DNA of 64,000 nucleotides from Candidatus Yonathbacteria bacterium RIFCSPLOWO2_01_FULL_43_27. Lineage in GTDB: Bacteria > Patescibacteriota > Minisyncoccia > Phycocordibacterales > UBA1550. Shown here piece by piece: positions 17,283 through 28,918 of this stretch. The notes under the pieces were generated by a model. That model worked only from the letters and a program-made list of their open reading frames with translations, did not search any database and had not been told where the DNA came from. Each line of letters begins with the position of its first letter. Position 1 is the first letter of the stretch. The stretch spans positions 86,398 to 150,397 of the forward strand of contig MHUV01000003.1 in NCBI GenBank assembly GCA_001823545.1, read 5' to 3'. Both the position numbers and the translations under genes were made by a program.

Positions 17283-18632
17283 TTATAGGCCACACTCACG
17301 AATACTCCAACCACCTCCAAATACAGCACTCATGGTAAAAACTCCAGTAAAATTTATATCCTGATCTTTTTTGAACAAAAGTAACTTCTGCTCAATTTCC
17401 TTATCTGTTTCAAAATAGCAACTAAAGAGATCCTTATTAACTTGGATCGAAACGAGGAAATAATTATCGCTTGGCTTATCAATATTTTTGAATGTACCTG
17501 ACCCAATAACTTTTGCATCTTTGTATTTTTCTAAAAAATTTCTTTGTTCAAGTGCGGTAGCTAAACTGTGGTATTTTGAAAATACATCAGAAATGTTTAC
17601 AGTGCTTGTAGCGAGAACGCTGTCGCTCTGTGTATCTATGTTACCACCAAGAATAGATGTGGATTCTGGATAAAAATAAACATAAACACCGAATCCAAAG
17701 GCAAGAATAGTGGCTATGGCAGAAATTGAATGTAATCGTGAGGGAAAATTCTTCTTTGTAGACCCAGCATCAAGCATAACCTTTTCGCGCCCCACAAGAT
17801 CACCATTACCAAAATGGACTTGCGATCTAGAAATATTGATTGACTGGGGGAGCTTTGAGTGCGGGCCTTCTTTCTGCTGAGAGTCAGATTGCACTATATT
17901 ACCCCCGCTTACTGAATTGCGTGAACGGAGTCCCCATTGTTCCCCATTTTCTTTCCCAAAATAAGCCAGGGCACCAATACTTCGCAACACACTTCTCAAT
18001 TCATTATCCGATAATCCGTAAAAACGTTTCTTAAATAGGGAAAATTTTCTCTTTGTGTATTGTGGGTCACTCAAGAGTTCAAGCATCCCTATTTTGATCT
18101 CATTTAAATCATCCTCGTGCGACTTATTTTTTGTAGCCTTCAACATCTCCTGTGACTGTCTCATTTGCCACTCACCGTTCGCGCGTTGATATAAATTATC
18201 GGAGATATTGGTATTCTCCGCCCTGCGAATTATTGTTTGCAGTTCGTCATCTGATAATTCTTCAATTGGTTTCTCTGCATTAGTAAGGTTTTCATTCACA
18301 AGCTTCCCAGTAATTATTAGACACTCTTTGTACAGCACTTCATCAGCGACAGTGAACTCTTTCCCTAAGGTTTGCTTTTGGACTTTCTGATATTCGATTA
18401 TTTCTCTGAGTAGTTTTGCTGTTAAGAAGTCATTCTCCTTTCGCCAAAAATTCCTAAGTCTATTCGCCTTAGATGTTCCCCCATCCTCGTATCCAACGGC
18501 ATAGACATCGATACCTGTGGTTTTCATGACAAAATCTCTAAACGCTCTGTCGGAAAAATTACAAACATATCCGCTCCTCATTTCGAGAAACTTTTCAAGA
18601 CGAAGCGTGTCGACGTGTTTTAAGGATGACAT
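17283..18632 (-). CDS. Chimeric protein: AbiJ-like N-terminal domain, linker, single TM, C-terminal OB-fold-like domain
   Basis: LEKFLEMRSGYVCNFSDRAFRDFV..G.D..Y..GTSKANRLRNFW; TM ISAIATILAFGFGVYVYFY; C-terminal KYKDAKVIGSGTF..FSCYF..KKDQDINFTG. Confidence 0.6.
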   Translation of the reverse strand: MSSLKHVDTLRLEKFLEMRSGYVCNFSDRAFRDFVMKTTGIDVYAVGYEDGGTSKANRLRNFWRKENDFLTAKLLREIIEYQKVQKQTLGKEFTVADEVLYKECLIITGKLVNENLTNAEKPIEELSDDELQTIIRRAENTNISDNLYQRANGEWQMRQSQEMLKATKNKSHEDDLNEIKIGMLELLSDPQYTKRKFSLFKKRFYGLSDNELRSVLRSIGALAYFGKENGEQWGLRSRNSVSGGNIVQSDSQQKEGPHSKLPQSINISRSQVHFGNGDLVGREKVMLDAGSTKKNFPSRLHSISAIATILAFGFGVYVYFYPESTSILGGNIDTQSDSVLATSTVNISDVFSKYHSLATALEQRNFLEKYKDAKVIGSGTFKNIDKPSDNYFLVSIQVNKDLFSCYFETDKEIEQKLLLFKKDQDINFTGVFTMSAVFGGGWSIRECGL

Positions 18633-18660
18633 ATTCCAAGCATCTCGTGCTAGTTCAAGA

Positions 18661-18734
18661 TGGCTGGGAGACTAGGAATCGAACCTAGATTCACAGCTTC
18701 AAAGGCTGCTGTCCTACCATTAGACGATCTCCCA
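18661..18734 (-). tRNA. tRNA-Gln(TTG), CCA encoded
   Basis: TGGGAGA/TCTCCCA acceptor stem, GCAGC-CTTTGAA-GCTGT anticodon arm, GGTTCGATTCC T-arm, 3' GCCA. Confidence 0.96.
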
Positions 18735-18762
18735 ATATATTCAATTTTACACATTCACTCGC

Positions 18763-18946
18763 ATTATCCCCTTTTGGACTGCCTCCCAATACTTTTTATT
18801 AGCGACGTAGAGCGAGCGAAATAAGAAAGTAGTCTTTCTCATTTCCGAGCCGAGGAGCTAATACAAGGGTATAATACCACGCCCCTCTGGGGCGGTAAAT
18901 GTGTGAGCGAAGCGAACACATTTTGACCGGGGCTTTGCCCTGGGGT
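18763..18946. repeat. Cluster of GC-rich hairpins (REP-like or IS200/IS605-end-like remnant)
   Basis: CGCCCC-tct-GGGGCG, AAATGTGT..ACACATTT, CCGGGGC-ttt-GCCCTGG; 18792-18820 matches 44784-44812 at 26/29. Confidence 0.55.
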
Positions 18947-18957
18947 AAATACCGCTT

Positions 18958-20004
18958 TTATTGAACTTCCGTAGTATGCCCGATGATTTGCATTAGTGCA
19001 AGTTCAAGGGGAAGCGTAGGAATTGCCGAAACGCGAAGTTCGGTATAGGTACTGAGAAGGATGAGGAGCTCTTTGGACGAGAGTGTTTTCCCCGCTTCCT
19101 TGGCAATTTTCTCTAACAGAACAAGGTCCTGCTCTGAACAATTGTTGCGTACCTCGTCCTTCATCGCAGGCGCAAAACGAAGGAGGAGTACGAAACGTAT
19201 CTTACGCACAACAAGGTCGAGAAAGATTTTCATATCCCCCACCGACTCGCTGGCGACACGAAGCGCCTGCGCACCTTTTGCGAAATCTCGCTCGGTAATC
19301 GCAAGAATGAAATCGTTCACGAGGTGCGCGCTCGGTGCGCCAAGCGTTTGTTCGACTTCAATAGGGGTAATCTTTTTATCACTCGAGGAAGAAAGCACTT
19401 TCTGAAGGGTGCCGAGCGTGTCGCGGAATGACCCGTCACCCAAAAGCGCAACGAGGTCGGAAGAGGAGGGCTCGAGCGTGTATCCTTCTTTTTTTGCAAC
19501 ACTCTCCACAAGTTTTTGTAATGTTGCGTGCGATGGTTTCTTGAACCGAAATGTCTGGCAACGAGAAACGATCGTCGCAGGAAGTTTTTCCTCTTCGGTC
19601 GTCGCGAGAATGAAGACCACATGGCGAGGAGGTTCTTCGAGTGTTTTCAAAAGTGCATTGAACGCCTCTTTTGTGAGCATGTGTACCTCGTCCACAATGT
19701 ACACCTTGCACGTTGAATCAAACGGGAGCGTATGCACGGCATCACGAAGCGCGCGGATATCATCGACGCCACGATTTGACGCCGCATCAATCTCGTACGT
19801 GTCATTATCCGAAGCGCCGAGCGCGCGCGCAAAGATACGCGCGATAGAGGTCTTGCCTGTACCGCGAGAACCAGCAAAAAGATATGCGTGTGCGGTCGTT
19901 TTGTTTTTAAGCGCGCCTTGGAGTGCCGTTACGACGGCTTCTTGTCCGATAACCTCAGTAAAATTCTGTGGACGGTATTTGCGATAGAGAGTGACTTCTG
20001 ACAT
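18958..20004 (-). CDS. dnaX: DNA polymerase III gamma/tau subunit (short form)
   Basis: LYRKYRPQNF, HAYLFAGSRGTGKTS, EIDAASNRGVDDIR, IVDEVHML...FNALLKTLEEPP, SRCQ. Confidence 0.97.
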   Translation of the reverse strand: MSEVTLYRKYRPQNFTEVIGQEAVVTALQGALKNKTTAHAYLFAGSRGTGKTSIARIFARALGASDNDTYEIDAASNRGVDDIRALRDAVHTLPFDSTCKVYIVDEVHMLTKEAFNALLKTLEEPPRHVVFILATTEEEKLPATIVSRCQTFRFKKPSHATLQKLVESVAKKEGYTLEPSSSDLVALLGDGSFRDTLGTLQKVLSSSSDKKITPIEVEQTLGAPSAHLVNDFILAITERDFAKGAQALRVASESVGDMKIFLDLVVRKIRFVLLLRFAPAMKDEVRNNCSEQDLVLLEKIAKEAGKTLSSKELLILLSTYTELRVSAIPTLPLELALMQIIGHTTEVQ

Positions 20005-20028
20005 AAAATTAATTCTATTATACCAAAT

Positions 20029-21066
20029 TTACCGCGCACTCAAAAATGCGCGCGCAATGCGTTCTACTTCGGTAGCATTGGGCGCGTCCATAAGCTTGAT
20101 GCGAATTTCCTTTGCGCCATCGAACCCATGCACGTATGCCTTGTAGTGCTTTTTCATTATCGCAAAACTTTTTATATCACCGAGCAATTTTTCAAAAAGA
20201 TGCGTATGCTCAATCATCACCTCAAATTTTTCTTCAAGAGAGATTTCTGCATTACTGCGCGTGCGATCAAAGAGCCACGGATTACCAAACACCGCACGAC
20301 CAAGCATCGCGCCATCGGCACCCGTTGCACGTACTTTCTCCTCCGCATCGGCAATACTCTGCACATCACCATTGCCAATAATGAGTGTGCCTGTCCCTTT
20401 TGCGAGATCTACGGCACGCTTCACAAACTCCCACCGCGCGGGCACGAGTGAGAGTTCTTTGCGTGTGCGTGCATGTACGGTAATAACTGCCGGCTTGGTC
20501 TCGAGAATGGCACCGATCCACGGTTCGAGATCTTCTTTGTTGTATCCCACGCGTGTTTTAACAGAAACGGGTAAATTCGGAGCACCTGCCATCGTCGCAC
20601 GGATAATTTCCTGCGCACGCTTGGGGTCTTTAAGGAGCGACGCGCCAGCACCTTGTTTCTCAATACTTCGATCGGGACACCCCATATTGATATCAATACC
20701 GTCAAAACCAAGCCCTGCGAGGAGCTCTGCTGTTTTTAAAAAAGTGTCCGGGTTTCCGCCAAAAATTTGCGCCACAATAGGATGTTCTTGTTTGGTGTAT
20801 GCAAGGTCGCGCTTTAGTACTTCGCGCCCTGGACTCATCAAACCATCACACGATACAAACTCCGTCCAAAAGACATCGGGACCACCACCAACTTCCCCAT
20901 GACGACTGTACTTTGCAATCATTTGTCGAAATGCAGAATCTGTCACCTCTGCCATTGGCGCCAGCACAAAAAAAGGTTTTGGAAGCTTTTCCCAAAATCC
21001 CATAAACGGTCCGCCCTCGTTCTGTGGAGAGGTTGTGCTATTTTTCATATTCATATTGTGTACCAT
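20029..21066 (-). CDS. tRNA-dihydrouridine synthase (Dus family)
   Basis: LAPMAEVTD, DINMGCP, GAGASLLK, PVSVKTR, TVHART, GNGDV, MLGRA..GNPWLF. The start could also be 21003. Confidence 0.93.
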   Translation of the reverse strand: MVHNMNMKNSTTSPQNEGGPFMGFWEKLPKPFFVLAPMAEVTDSAFRQMIAKYSRHGEVGGGPDVFWTEFVSCDGLMSPGREVLKRDLAYTKQEHPIVAQIFGGNPDTFLKTAELLAGLGFDGIDINMGCPDRSIEKQGAGASLLKDPKRAQEIIRATMAGAPNLPVSVKTRVGYNKEDLEPWIGAILETKPAVITVHARTRKELSLVPARWEFVKRAVDLAKGTGTLIIGNGDVQSIADAEEKVRATGADGAMLGRAVFGNPWLFDRTRSNAEISLEEKFEVMIEHTHLFEKLLGDIKSFAIMKKHYKAYVHGFDGAKEIRIKLMDAPNATEVERIARAFLSAR

Positions 21067-21302
21067 TATAACAAAACTGTTGCTTGATTTAACCCTACTT
21101 CCAACACACCACTTTCAATAGGCACAGTGATCTCTGTTCCCTCTTCGTCACGAATACGAAGCACGCCTTTTTTGAGCACGGCAACGAGCGGTGCATGATG
21201 TGCGAGAATAGTTACCTCGCCCGACACACACGGACACGTGAGCGATGTCGCCATGCCATCAAAATATGTTTTATCTACTTGCGCTACGATAAGGTTAAAC
21301 AT
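21066..21302 (-). CDS. atpC: ATP synthase epsilon subunit, N-terminal beta-sandwich only (78 aa)
   Basis: GEVTILAHHAPLVAVLKKG, GVLEV; follows atpD. Confidence 0.88.
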   Translation of the reverse strand: MFNLIVAQVDKTYFDGMATSLTCPCVSGEVTILAHHAPLVAVLKKGVLRIRDEEGTEITVPIESGVLEVGLNQATVLL

Positions 21303-21319
21303 AATATTTTTTATGTACA

Positions 21320-23688
<2,369 letters not shown>

Positions 23689-23697
23689 ACAGTAGTG

Positions 23698-25260
23698 CTA
23701 ATTAAGAAACAGTTCGCGATGCGTTTCCTTGAACGCGGTAAACATCTCTTTGATTTTTTCTTCGGTAGCATCAGAAACTGCACGCTCACGTTTGATCGTC
23801 TTGAAAATTTCATCCGCATGACGCTCGACATAGGTAATAAGTTTTTCTTCAAAAAGATTCATGTCTTCTACATTAACACTGTCGATGAACCCTGAAATAC
23901 CCGCGTAAATAGCGAGGACTTCTTTTTCAAATGCCTGCGGTTTCCCATTGGGTTGTTTCAAAAGCTCCGAGAGGCGACGCCCTTTCTCGATGCGCATCTT
24001 TGTTTCGGGATCAAGGTCACTCGCAAATTGCATAAATGCCTCGAGCTCGCGAAACTGCGCAAGTTCGAGGCGAATCTTCCCCGCTACTTTTTTCATCGCT
24101 TTCGTTTGCGCTGCCGATCCCACGCGTGACACTGACAATCCGACATTGATCGCTGGACGCATTCCTTTATTAAAAAGATCTGTATCAAGATATATTTGTC
24201 CATCGGTAATCGAAATCACGTTCGTAGGAATGTACGCAGACACATCCCCTTGCTGAGTTTCAATAATAGGGAGCGCAGTCAAGGAACCACCACCGAGCCT
24301 GTTTGAAAGTTTTGCCGAACGCTCCAAAAGGCGTGAATGAAGGTAAAAAATATCTCCTGGATATGCCTCGCGACCTGGTGGACGACGAAGGAGAAGTGAC
24401 ATCTGGCGATACGCGACAGCGTGTTTGGAAAGGTCGTCGTACACCACAAGCGCATCTTTACCTTTGAGCATAAAGAACTCTCCGATCGTTGCACCGGTAA
24501 ATGGCGCAAGATACTGAAGCGCCGCTGTTTCAGAACTTCCCGCCACGACAACAATGGTATAGGCAAGTGCACCGCGCTCGGCAAGGTCGCCTACGATACG
24601 CGCAATTTTTGATTCTTTTTGTCCGATAGCAACATAAATACAAATAGGGCGCGTTTCCTCAGGTTCATTCAGTTGGTTCAAAATTGTATCGAGCGCAATC
24701 GATGTCTTGCCCGTACTACGGTCACCAATGATGAGTTCGCGTTGTCCACGTCCGATAGGAATCATCGAATCAATAGCTTTAATTCCCGTATGGAGAGGTG
24801 TATCAACGCCCGCGCGATCCATCACGCCAAATGCGGTGCGTTCGATAGGGAGACGATCTTCTTCTTTGAATGATCCCTTGCCGTCGATAGGTTCACCGAG
24901 TGCATTTACCACCCTACCGACACACTCGCTCGAAATAGGAATAGAGAGTGTTTTCCCTGTGCCTTTCGCAATCATTCCTTCACGAATACGCTCTGCACCA
25001 GAAAGAATAACTATTTTTACAAACTCTTCCTCGAGATTAAGTACAAAGCCCACGACAGGTTCCTGGTCGAGTGATTCCGCAAGCGGTTTACCATGCTCGT
25101 CTTCAAACGTCACCATTTCTGCCATCATTACGTTAGCAAGACCTTCTACTTCGGCGATGCCATCACCAGCTTTGACCACCGTACCAATATGTTCAACACC
25201 CGTACGTGGCGCGAGGTTCTCAATTTCTTTTCTGATTTTTTCAATAAGAATGGTGTTCAT
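23698..25260 (-). CDS. atpA: ATP synthase alpha subunit
   Basis: GRGQRELIIGDRSTGKT, RRPPGREAYPGD, TNVISITDGQI. Confidence 0.99.
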   Translation of the reverse strand: MNTILIEKIRKEIENLAPRTGVEHIGTVVKAGDGIAEVEGLANVMMAEMVTFEDEHGKPLAESLDQEPVVGFVLNLEEEFVKIVILSGAERIREGMIAKGTGKTLSIPISSECVGRVVNALGEPIDGKGSFKEEDRLPIERTAFGVMDRAGVDTPLHTGIKAIDSMIPIGRGQRELIIGDRSTGKTSIALDTILNQLNEPEETRPICIYVAIGQKESKIARIVGDLAERGALAYTIVVVAGSSETAALQYLAPFTGATIGEFFMLKGKDALVVYDDLSKHAVAYRQMSLLLRRPPGREAYPGDIFYLHSRLLERSAKLSNRLGGGSLTALPIIETQQGDVSAYIPTNVISITDGQIYLDTDLFNKGMRPAINVGLSVSRVGSAAQTKAMKKVAGKIRLELAQFRELEAFMQFASDLDPETKMRIEKGRRLSELLKQPNGKPQAFEKEVLAIYAGISGFIDSVNVEDMNLFEEKLITYVERHADEIFKTIKRERAVSDATEEKIKEMFTAFKETHRELFLN

Positions 25261-25290
25261 AATAATGATGTGTGTACGAATGATACGATA

Positions 25291-25695
25291 TTAATGTTTG
25301 CGCGTAATATTTTTATAAAGGTCAGCCAGCAATCTTTTGTAGCTCTGATCCACGAGCATGTGTTTGCCGCGAAGCTGATACCCTCCAACGATAGACTCGT
25401 CTATGATTTCTTCGGGAACCGCGTCGGGGGAAATCGTTCCCTCTTTTTGATAATGTTCATAGGCGAACGCTCCGCGCGCGCGACCCTTTTCGTGTGCTGT
25501 TACGACGAGTACTTTTTGATGTGCATAGGTACGACGAGAAATAGTTTGAAACTCTTGTACGATACGCGTCAATAGCCCCGAATGCCCGCGTGTGCTCACC
25601 ACATCTGAAAACCGTGCAATAATACGCCCTGCATCAGATTCGTTTTTCCCTTTGAGTGCGCGATGAAGCGCTTCGGCGTACCATACTGCTTTCAT
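25291..25695 (-). CDS. atpH: ATP synthase delta subunit (reduced)
   Basis: YAEAL at the N-terminus, IDESIVGG..L....LVDQS at the C-terminus; between atpF and atpA. Confidence 0.8.
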   Translation of the reverse strand: MKAVWYAEALHRALKGKNESDAGRIIARFSDVVSTRGHSGLLTRIVQEFQTISRRTYAHQKVLVVTAHEKGRARGAFAYEHYQKEGTISPDAVPEEIIDESIVGGYQLRGKHMLVDQSYKRLLADLYKNITRKH

Positions 25696-25699
25696 ATTT

Positions 25700-26143
25700 T
25701 TATGATGTTCGTAAAATCTTTTCCGCCGCAAGGACTGCCATGCGCGCAACGTCACGCTCTGTCTTTTCAACCATTTCTTCTCGCTCACGCTCTATACGAC
25801 GCTCTGCATCGCGAAGTAGATACTCCGCTCTGCGATGCGCATCTTTTATAATGACGTGCTCTTCACCGAGTGCGCTCTTTTTTGCTCCCTCAATAAGCTC
25901 GTCTCCTTTAAGACGTGCCTCGTGAAGAATATGAATTCTTTCTGCCTCGGCTTTCCCTAGATCCTCCTCTGCACGAAGTGCATTCTTGATAGAGCGTTCT
26001 ATTTTCTCTCGGCGCGCGTCAACGACTGCCAATATCGGCTTGTACAAAAAACGATGAAGCACAAATAACAGCAAGCCAAAATTTACCGCCTGAATCAGGA
26101 TAAGTTTCCAGTCGATACCAAAAACGGAAATGATTTGTTCCAT
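25700..26143 (-). CDS. atpF: ATP synthase b subunit
   Basis: QAVNFGLLLFVL..FLYKPI...DARREKI, followed by a coiled coil. Confidence 0.95.
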   Translation of the reverse strand: MEQIISVFGIDWKLILIQAVNFGLLLFVLHRFLYKPILAVVDARREKIERSIKNALRAEEDLGKAEAERIHILHEARLKGDELIEGAKKSALGEEHVIIKDAHRRAEYLLRDAERRIEREREEMVEKTERDVARMAVLAAEKILRTS

Positions 26144-26189
26144 AAGAATACGTTGGTTCGCTACGAAAGAGTATTACTCGTAGTAAACA

Positions 26190-26417
26190 CTAAGCGAACT
26201 TTATGATAAATCCAACCACGAGTGCAAAGATTGCAAGCGCCTCGGTAAAGGCAATACCGATGATCATTGAACCCTGAATCTTTCCAGAAGCGTCAGGATT
26301 GCGCCCGATTGCCTCGAGTGCCGACGATGCGATGCGTCCAATACCAAGCGCTGGTGCGGAGACCCCAATACCTACAACGAGTGCCATACCAATGATTTTT
26401 ACTGATTCGATATCCAT
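26190..26417 (-). CDS. atpE: ATP synthase c subunit
   Basis: AIGRNPDA loop; IAFTEALAIF with the ion-binding Glu. Confidence 0.97.
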   Translation of the reverse strand: MDIESVKIIGMALVVGIGVSAPALGIGRIASSALEAIGRNPDASGKIQGSMIIGIAFTEALAIFALVVGFIIKFA

Positions 26418-26451
26418 AATATTTTATATTAATTATCTACTAATACTAATC

Positions 26452-27195
26452 TCAATGTGCTTCCGCCACCGCAATTTTTACAAAAAAGAGCGTGAGGAGC
26501 GCAAAGATTGCAGCTTGCACAAAACCTACAAAGATCTCAAAGGCCATCAGTGGGACAGGAAGAACCATCGGCACAAAATGTTGGATAACCAAAATTATAA
26601 CCTCTCCCGCAAAAATATTTCCAAAAAGACGGAACGAAAAGGATACTAAACGTGCCACCTCGGAAAATATCTCTATAATCCCCACGAAAAACCCCATTGC
26701 CGAGCTAAGGTTAACAAATTTCTTACCATACCTCAAGGTACCGAGTGCCATAATACCAAATACCTCAACCGTAAAGACCGCAACGAACGCAAGGGCAAGC
26801 GTCATATTGAGGTCAGTATTCATTGAACGCAAAATAGGTGTCGCCTCGCCATTACCGTGAAATAGGCCGATACTTCCAATTCCCGGCACAAATTCAACAA
26901 GATTTGCAATGAGCACAAAGAGAAAAATCGTGAGGAGGATAGGAAAAAGCTTTCGTGCAAGTTTCTCATCTTCGAGTGTCTCCGTCATATAGTCCAAAAC
27001 GCCCGTAAATAGCATTTCAAAGACGACCTGTGCACGACCGGGGACCATTGAGAGTGAGCGACGTACTAAAAAGACAATACAACCAATGAGCAAAATGACC
27101 GCAAAGCTCATCACGACCGTATTAGTAATAGGAATACCAAAAAACGACCCTAAGTGTTCCGACGCAAGCGCAATATGAATGCCTTGTTCAGTCAT
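26452..27195 (-). CDS. atpB: ATP synthase a subunit
   Basis: TDLNMTLALA, SFSFRLFGNIFAGE, EIFVGFVQAAIF. Confidence 0.97.
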   Translation of the reverse strand: MTEQGIHIALASEHLGSFFGIPITNTVVMSFAVILLIGCIVFLVRRSLSMVPGRAQVVFEMLFTGVLDYMTETLEDEKLARKLFPILLTIFLFVLIANLVEFVPGIGSIGLFHGNGEATPILRSMNTDLNMTLALAFVAVFTVEVFGIMALGTLRYGKKFVNLSSAMGFFVGIIEIFSEVARLVSFSFRLFGNIFAGEVIILVIQHFVPMVLPVPLMAFEIFVGFVQAAIFALLTLFFVKIAVAEAH

Positions 27196-27271
27196 AATAT
27201 ATTTGCCCGCATTCTAGCAGATACCTGCCCGAGTACCAAATGTGAGTAATACGTAAGCGGTGTATTTCGTC

Positions 27272-27300
27272 AAAATATGGACACGGCGTGTCCATATTTT
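27272..27300. repeat. REP-like palindrome, copy 1
   Basis: AAAATATGGACACG-G-CGTGTCCATATTTT at the 3' end of the RAYT gene. Confidence 0.85.
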
Positions 27301-27943
27301 ACTCTATTGATGATGAACCCTGCGCTAAATCGCTAATTGAAATGATCTGCTGAATAGTTTTCTCTTGGTTTTTTGCAGTACCAAGATTTTCTGACAATAT
27401 TTCTTTATTTATAATAGATGGGAAATTTTTCTGTCCTAAATAATCCAAAAGACTACTCCATCTATATTTTTTTAGATTTTCCATCACTGATGTCATATCC
27501 AAAATGTTTCCAGTCCTCCATTCCGAATGTGTGAGATCAAGAGGGTTAAGATGAATATAATACGGAACATAAAGAAAATGCGCATCACGCTCAATATGAA
27601 TTCGCTTGAAGGTGCCCTGCCACAAGACACCAGAACGACTATATTTCTCATTGAAATATTTTGCATACCCCATATTAATCTTTCTCATAAATAAAGAAAT
27701 GCCATTATCTTCCAGTTCTGAAACGAGGAGGTGGTAATGATTCGGCATCAAGCAGAATGCATGAATTTCAACGAGTGGTCTGCGTACATACTGAGATTGA
27801 AATTCACGAAAACGGTGATTGGGACCTACGTTATTTACATTATTAAAAACATAGAGGTCGTGTATAAACCTAACATAATCAGAATCTTCAAGGAACGTAA
27901 TTTTTTTATCTACCCCACGATTAATAAGATGATAGAACTCCAT
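27299..27943 (-). mobile_element. REP-associated tyrosine transposase (RAYT / Y1 HUH, TnpA-REP)
   Basis: FYHLINRG, HUH motif CLMPNHYHLL, YAKYFN.KY.RSG.LWQG.FK, catalytic YIHLNP, YRWSS; flanked by two palindromes. Confidence 0.92.
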
Positions 27944-27958
27944 ACCAACTATCATATC

Positions 27959-27985
27959 AAATATGGACACGCCGTGTCCATATTT
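27959..27985. repeat. REP-like palindrome, copy 2
   Basis: AAATATGGACACG-C-CGTGTCCATATTT; reverse complement of copy 1. Confidence 0.85.
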
Positions 27986-28062
27986 CAGAAAAGAGATGAA
28001 AATTACTCATACCAACGATTTAAGAAATAGACACTAAATATATGTACCTAAAACAATAGGTA

Positions 28063-28887
28063 TTATTCGTTTTCCTCAAACCCAAAAAATACTTTATTGC
28101 CAAAACGAAGGTCGACATACTGAAGTTTTTTTTCAGAAAAAGTATCGGGAGGAAACTGTACCGGAAGCGCTGAGAGAATATTGTACATGAGGCGTTCTGC
28201 CCCCTGCCCATCTTTGAAATAGAGCTCAGCGTCAACGAGTTCAGGATATAGTGTGCTCGAACGTACCACAACGCCGTACTGCCCTTCTGGCTTGATAAAA
28301 ATACGCGCAATATCACCAACTCCACGTTCAATACCATCTACAAGCGAATATGCAAACAAGAAACGTTCGGGAGGTACTACCGCGTGAAGAGGGGTGCCTT
28401 CATTTCGATATGCAAGTGGTGCATATACCTCACGATAGACCCCTTCTGAAAAAATTGGTGCGTGAGAAAAAACAAAACCTTGATCATCAATAAACCAACA
28501 TTCCGCAAGCGTCGGCATTTCTCCTTCAAATGTTTCTCCACACCACAACATAAACGGTTTTCTCTCAGCAACATCAATCACTATCGTATGTGCACCTTCA
28601 CGGCGAATGCTCACACTTTTAATGCGTGGAAATGTTTCTAAAATCTCTGTTTCTATTCCATTACGAGGAAAGATGAAGCTATTGTCGCGCGCATAAAGAA
28701 AATAGTAATTCCCTTCGAGCAGAGTACTAGTGAGTAACCGTACCTCATCTTCAGAGACCACTTGAACTCCCGAAACCTTAATAGTTGTAATACTCCATTT
28801 ACTATGTTGTGATGCCCCACCGAGCGCCACAGCAAACAAAACCACGAGAATTACCGCTGCTAAAATTTTGTAGAGAATGTGTAGCAT
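28063..28887 (-). CDS. FtsQ/DivIB-like cell division protein (POTRA domain)
   Basis: N-terminal TM, ITTIKVSG..., FPRIKSVSI, VAERKP, C-terminal LQYVDLRFGNKVF. Confidence 0.8.
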   Translation of the reverse strand: MLHILYKILAAVILVVLFAVALGGASQHSKWSITTIKVSGVQVVSEDEVRLLTSTLLEGNYYFLYARDNSFIFPRNGIETEILETFPRIKSVSIRREGAHTIVIDVAERKPFMLWCGETFEGEMPTLAECWFIDDQGFVFSHAPIFSEGVYREVYAPLAYRNEGTPLHAVVPPERFLFAYSLVDGIERGVGDIARIFIKPEGQYGVVVRSSTLYPELVDAELYFKDGQGAERLMYNILSALPVQFPPDTFSEKKLQYVDLRFGNKVFFGFEENE

Positions 28888-28918
28888 TTTCTAGCAACAA
28901 ATAAAAAATATAATAAAG

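Noticed and set aside
25696-25788. N-terminal extension of atpH in the ORF track
   Set aside because: Overlaps atpF; the ATG at 25695 just after the atpF stop is the plausible start.
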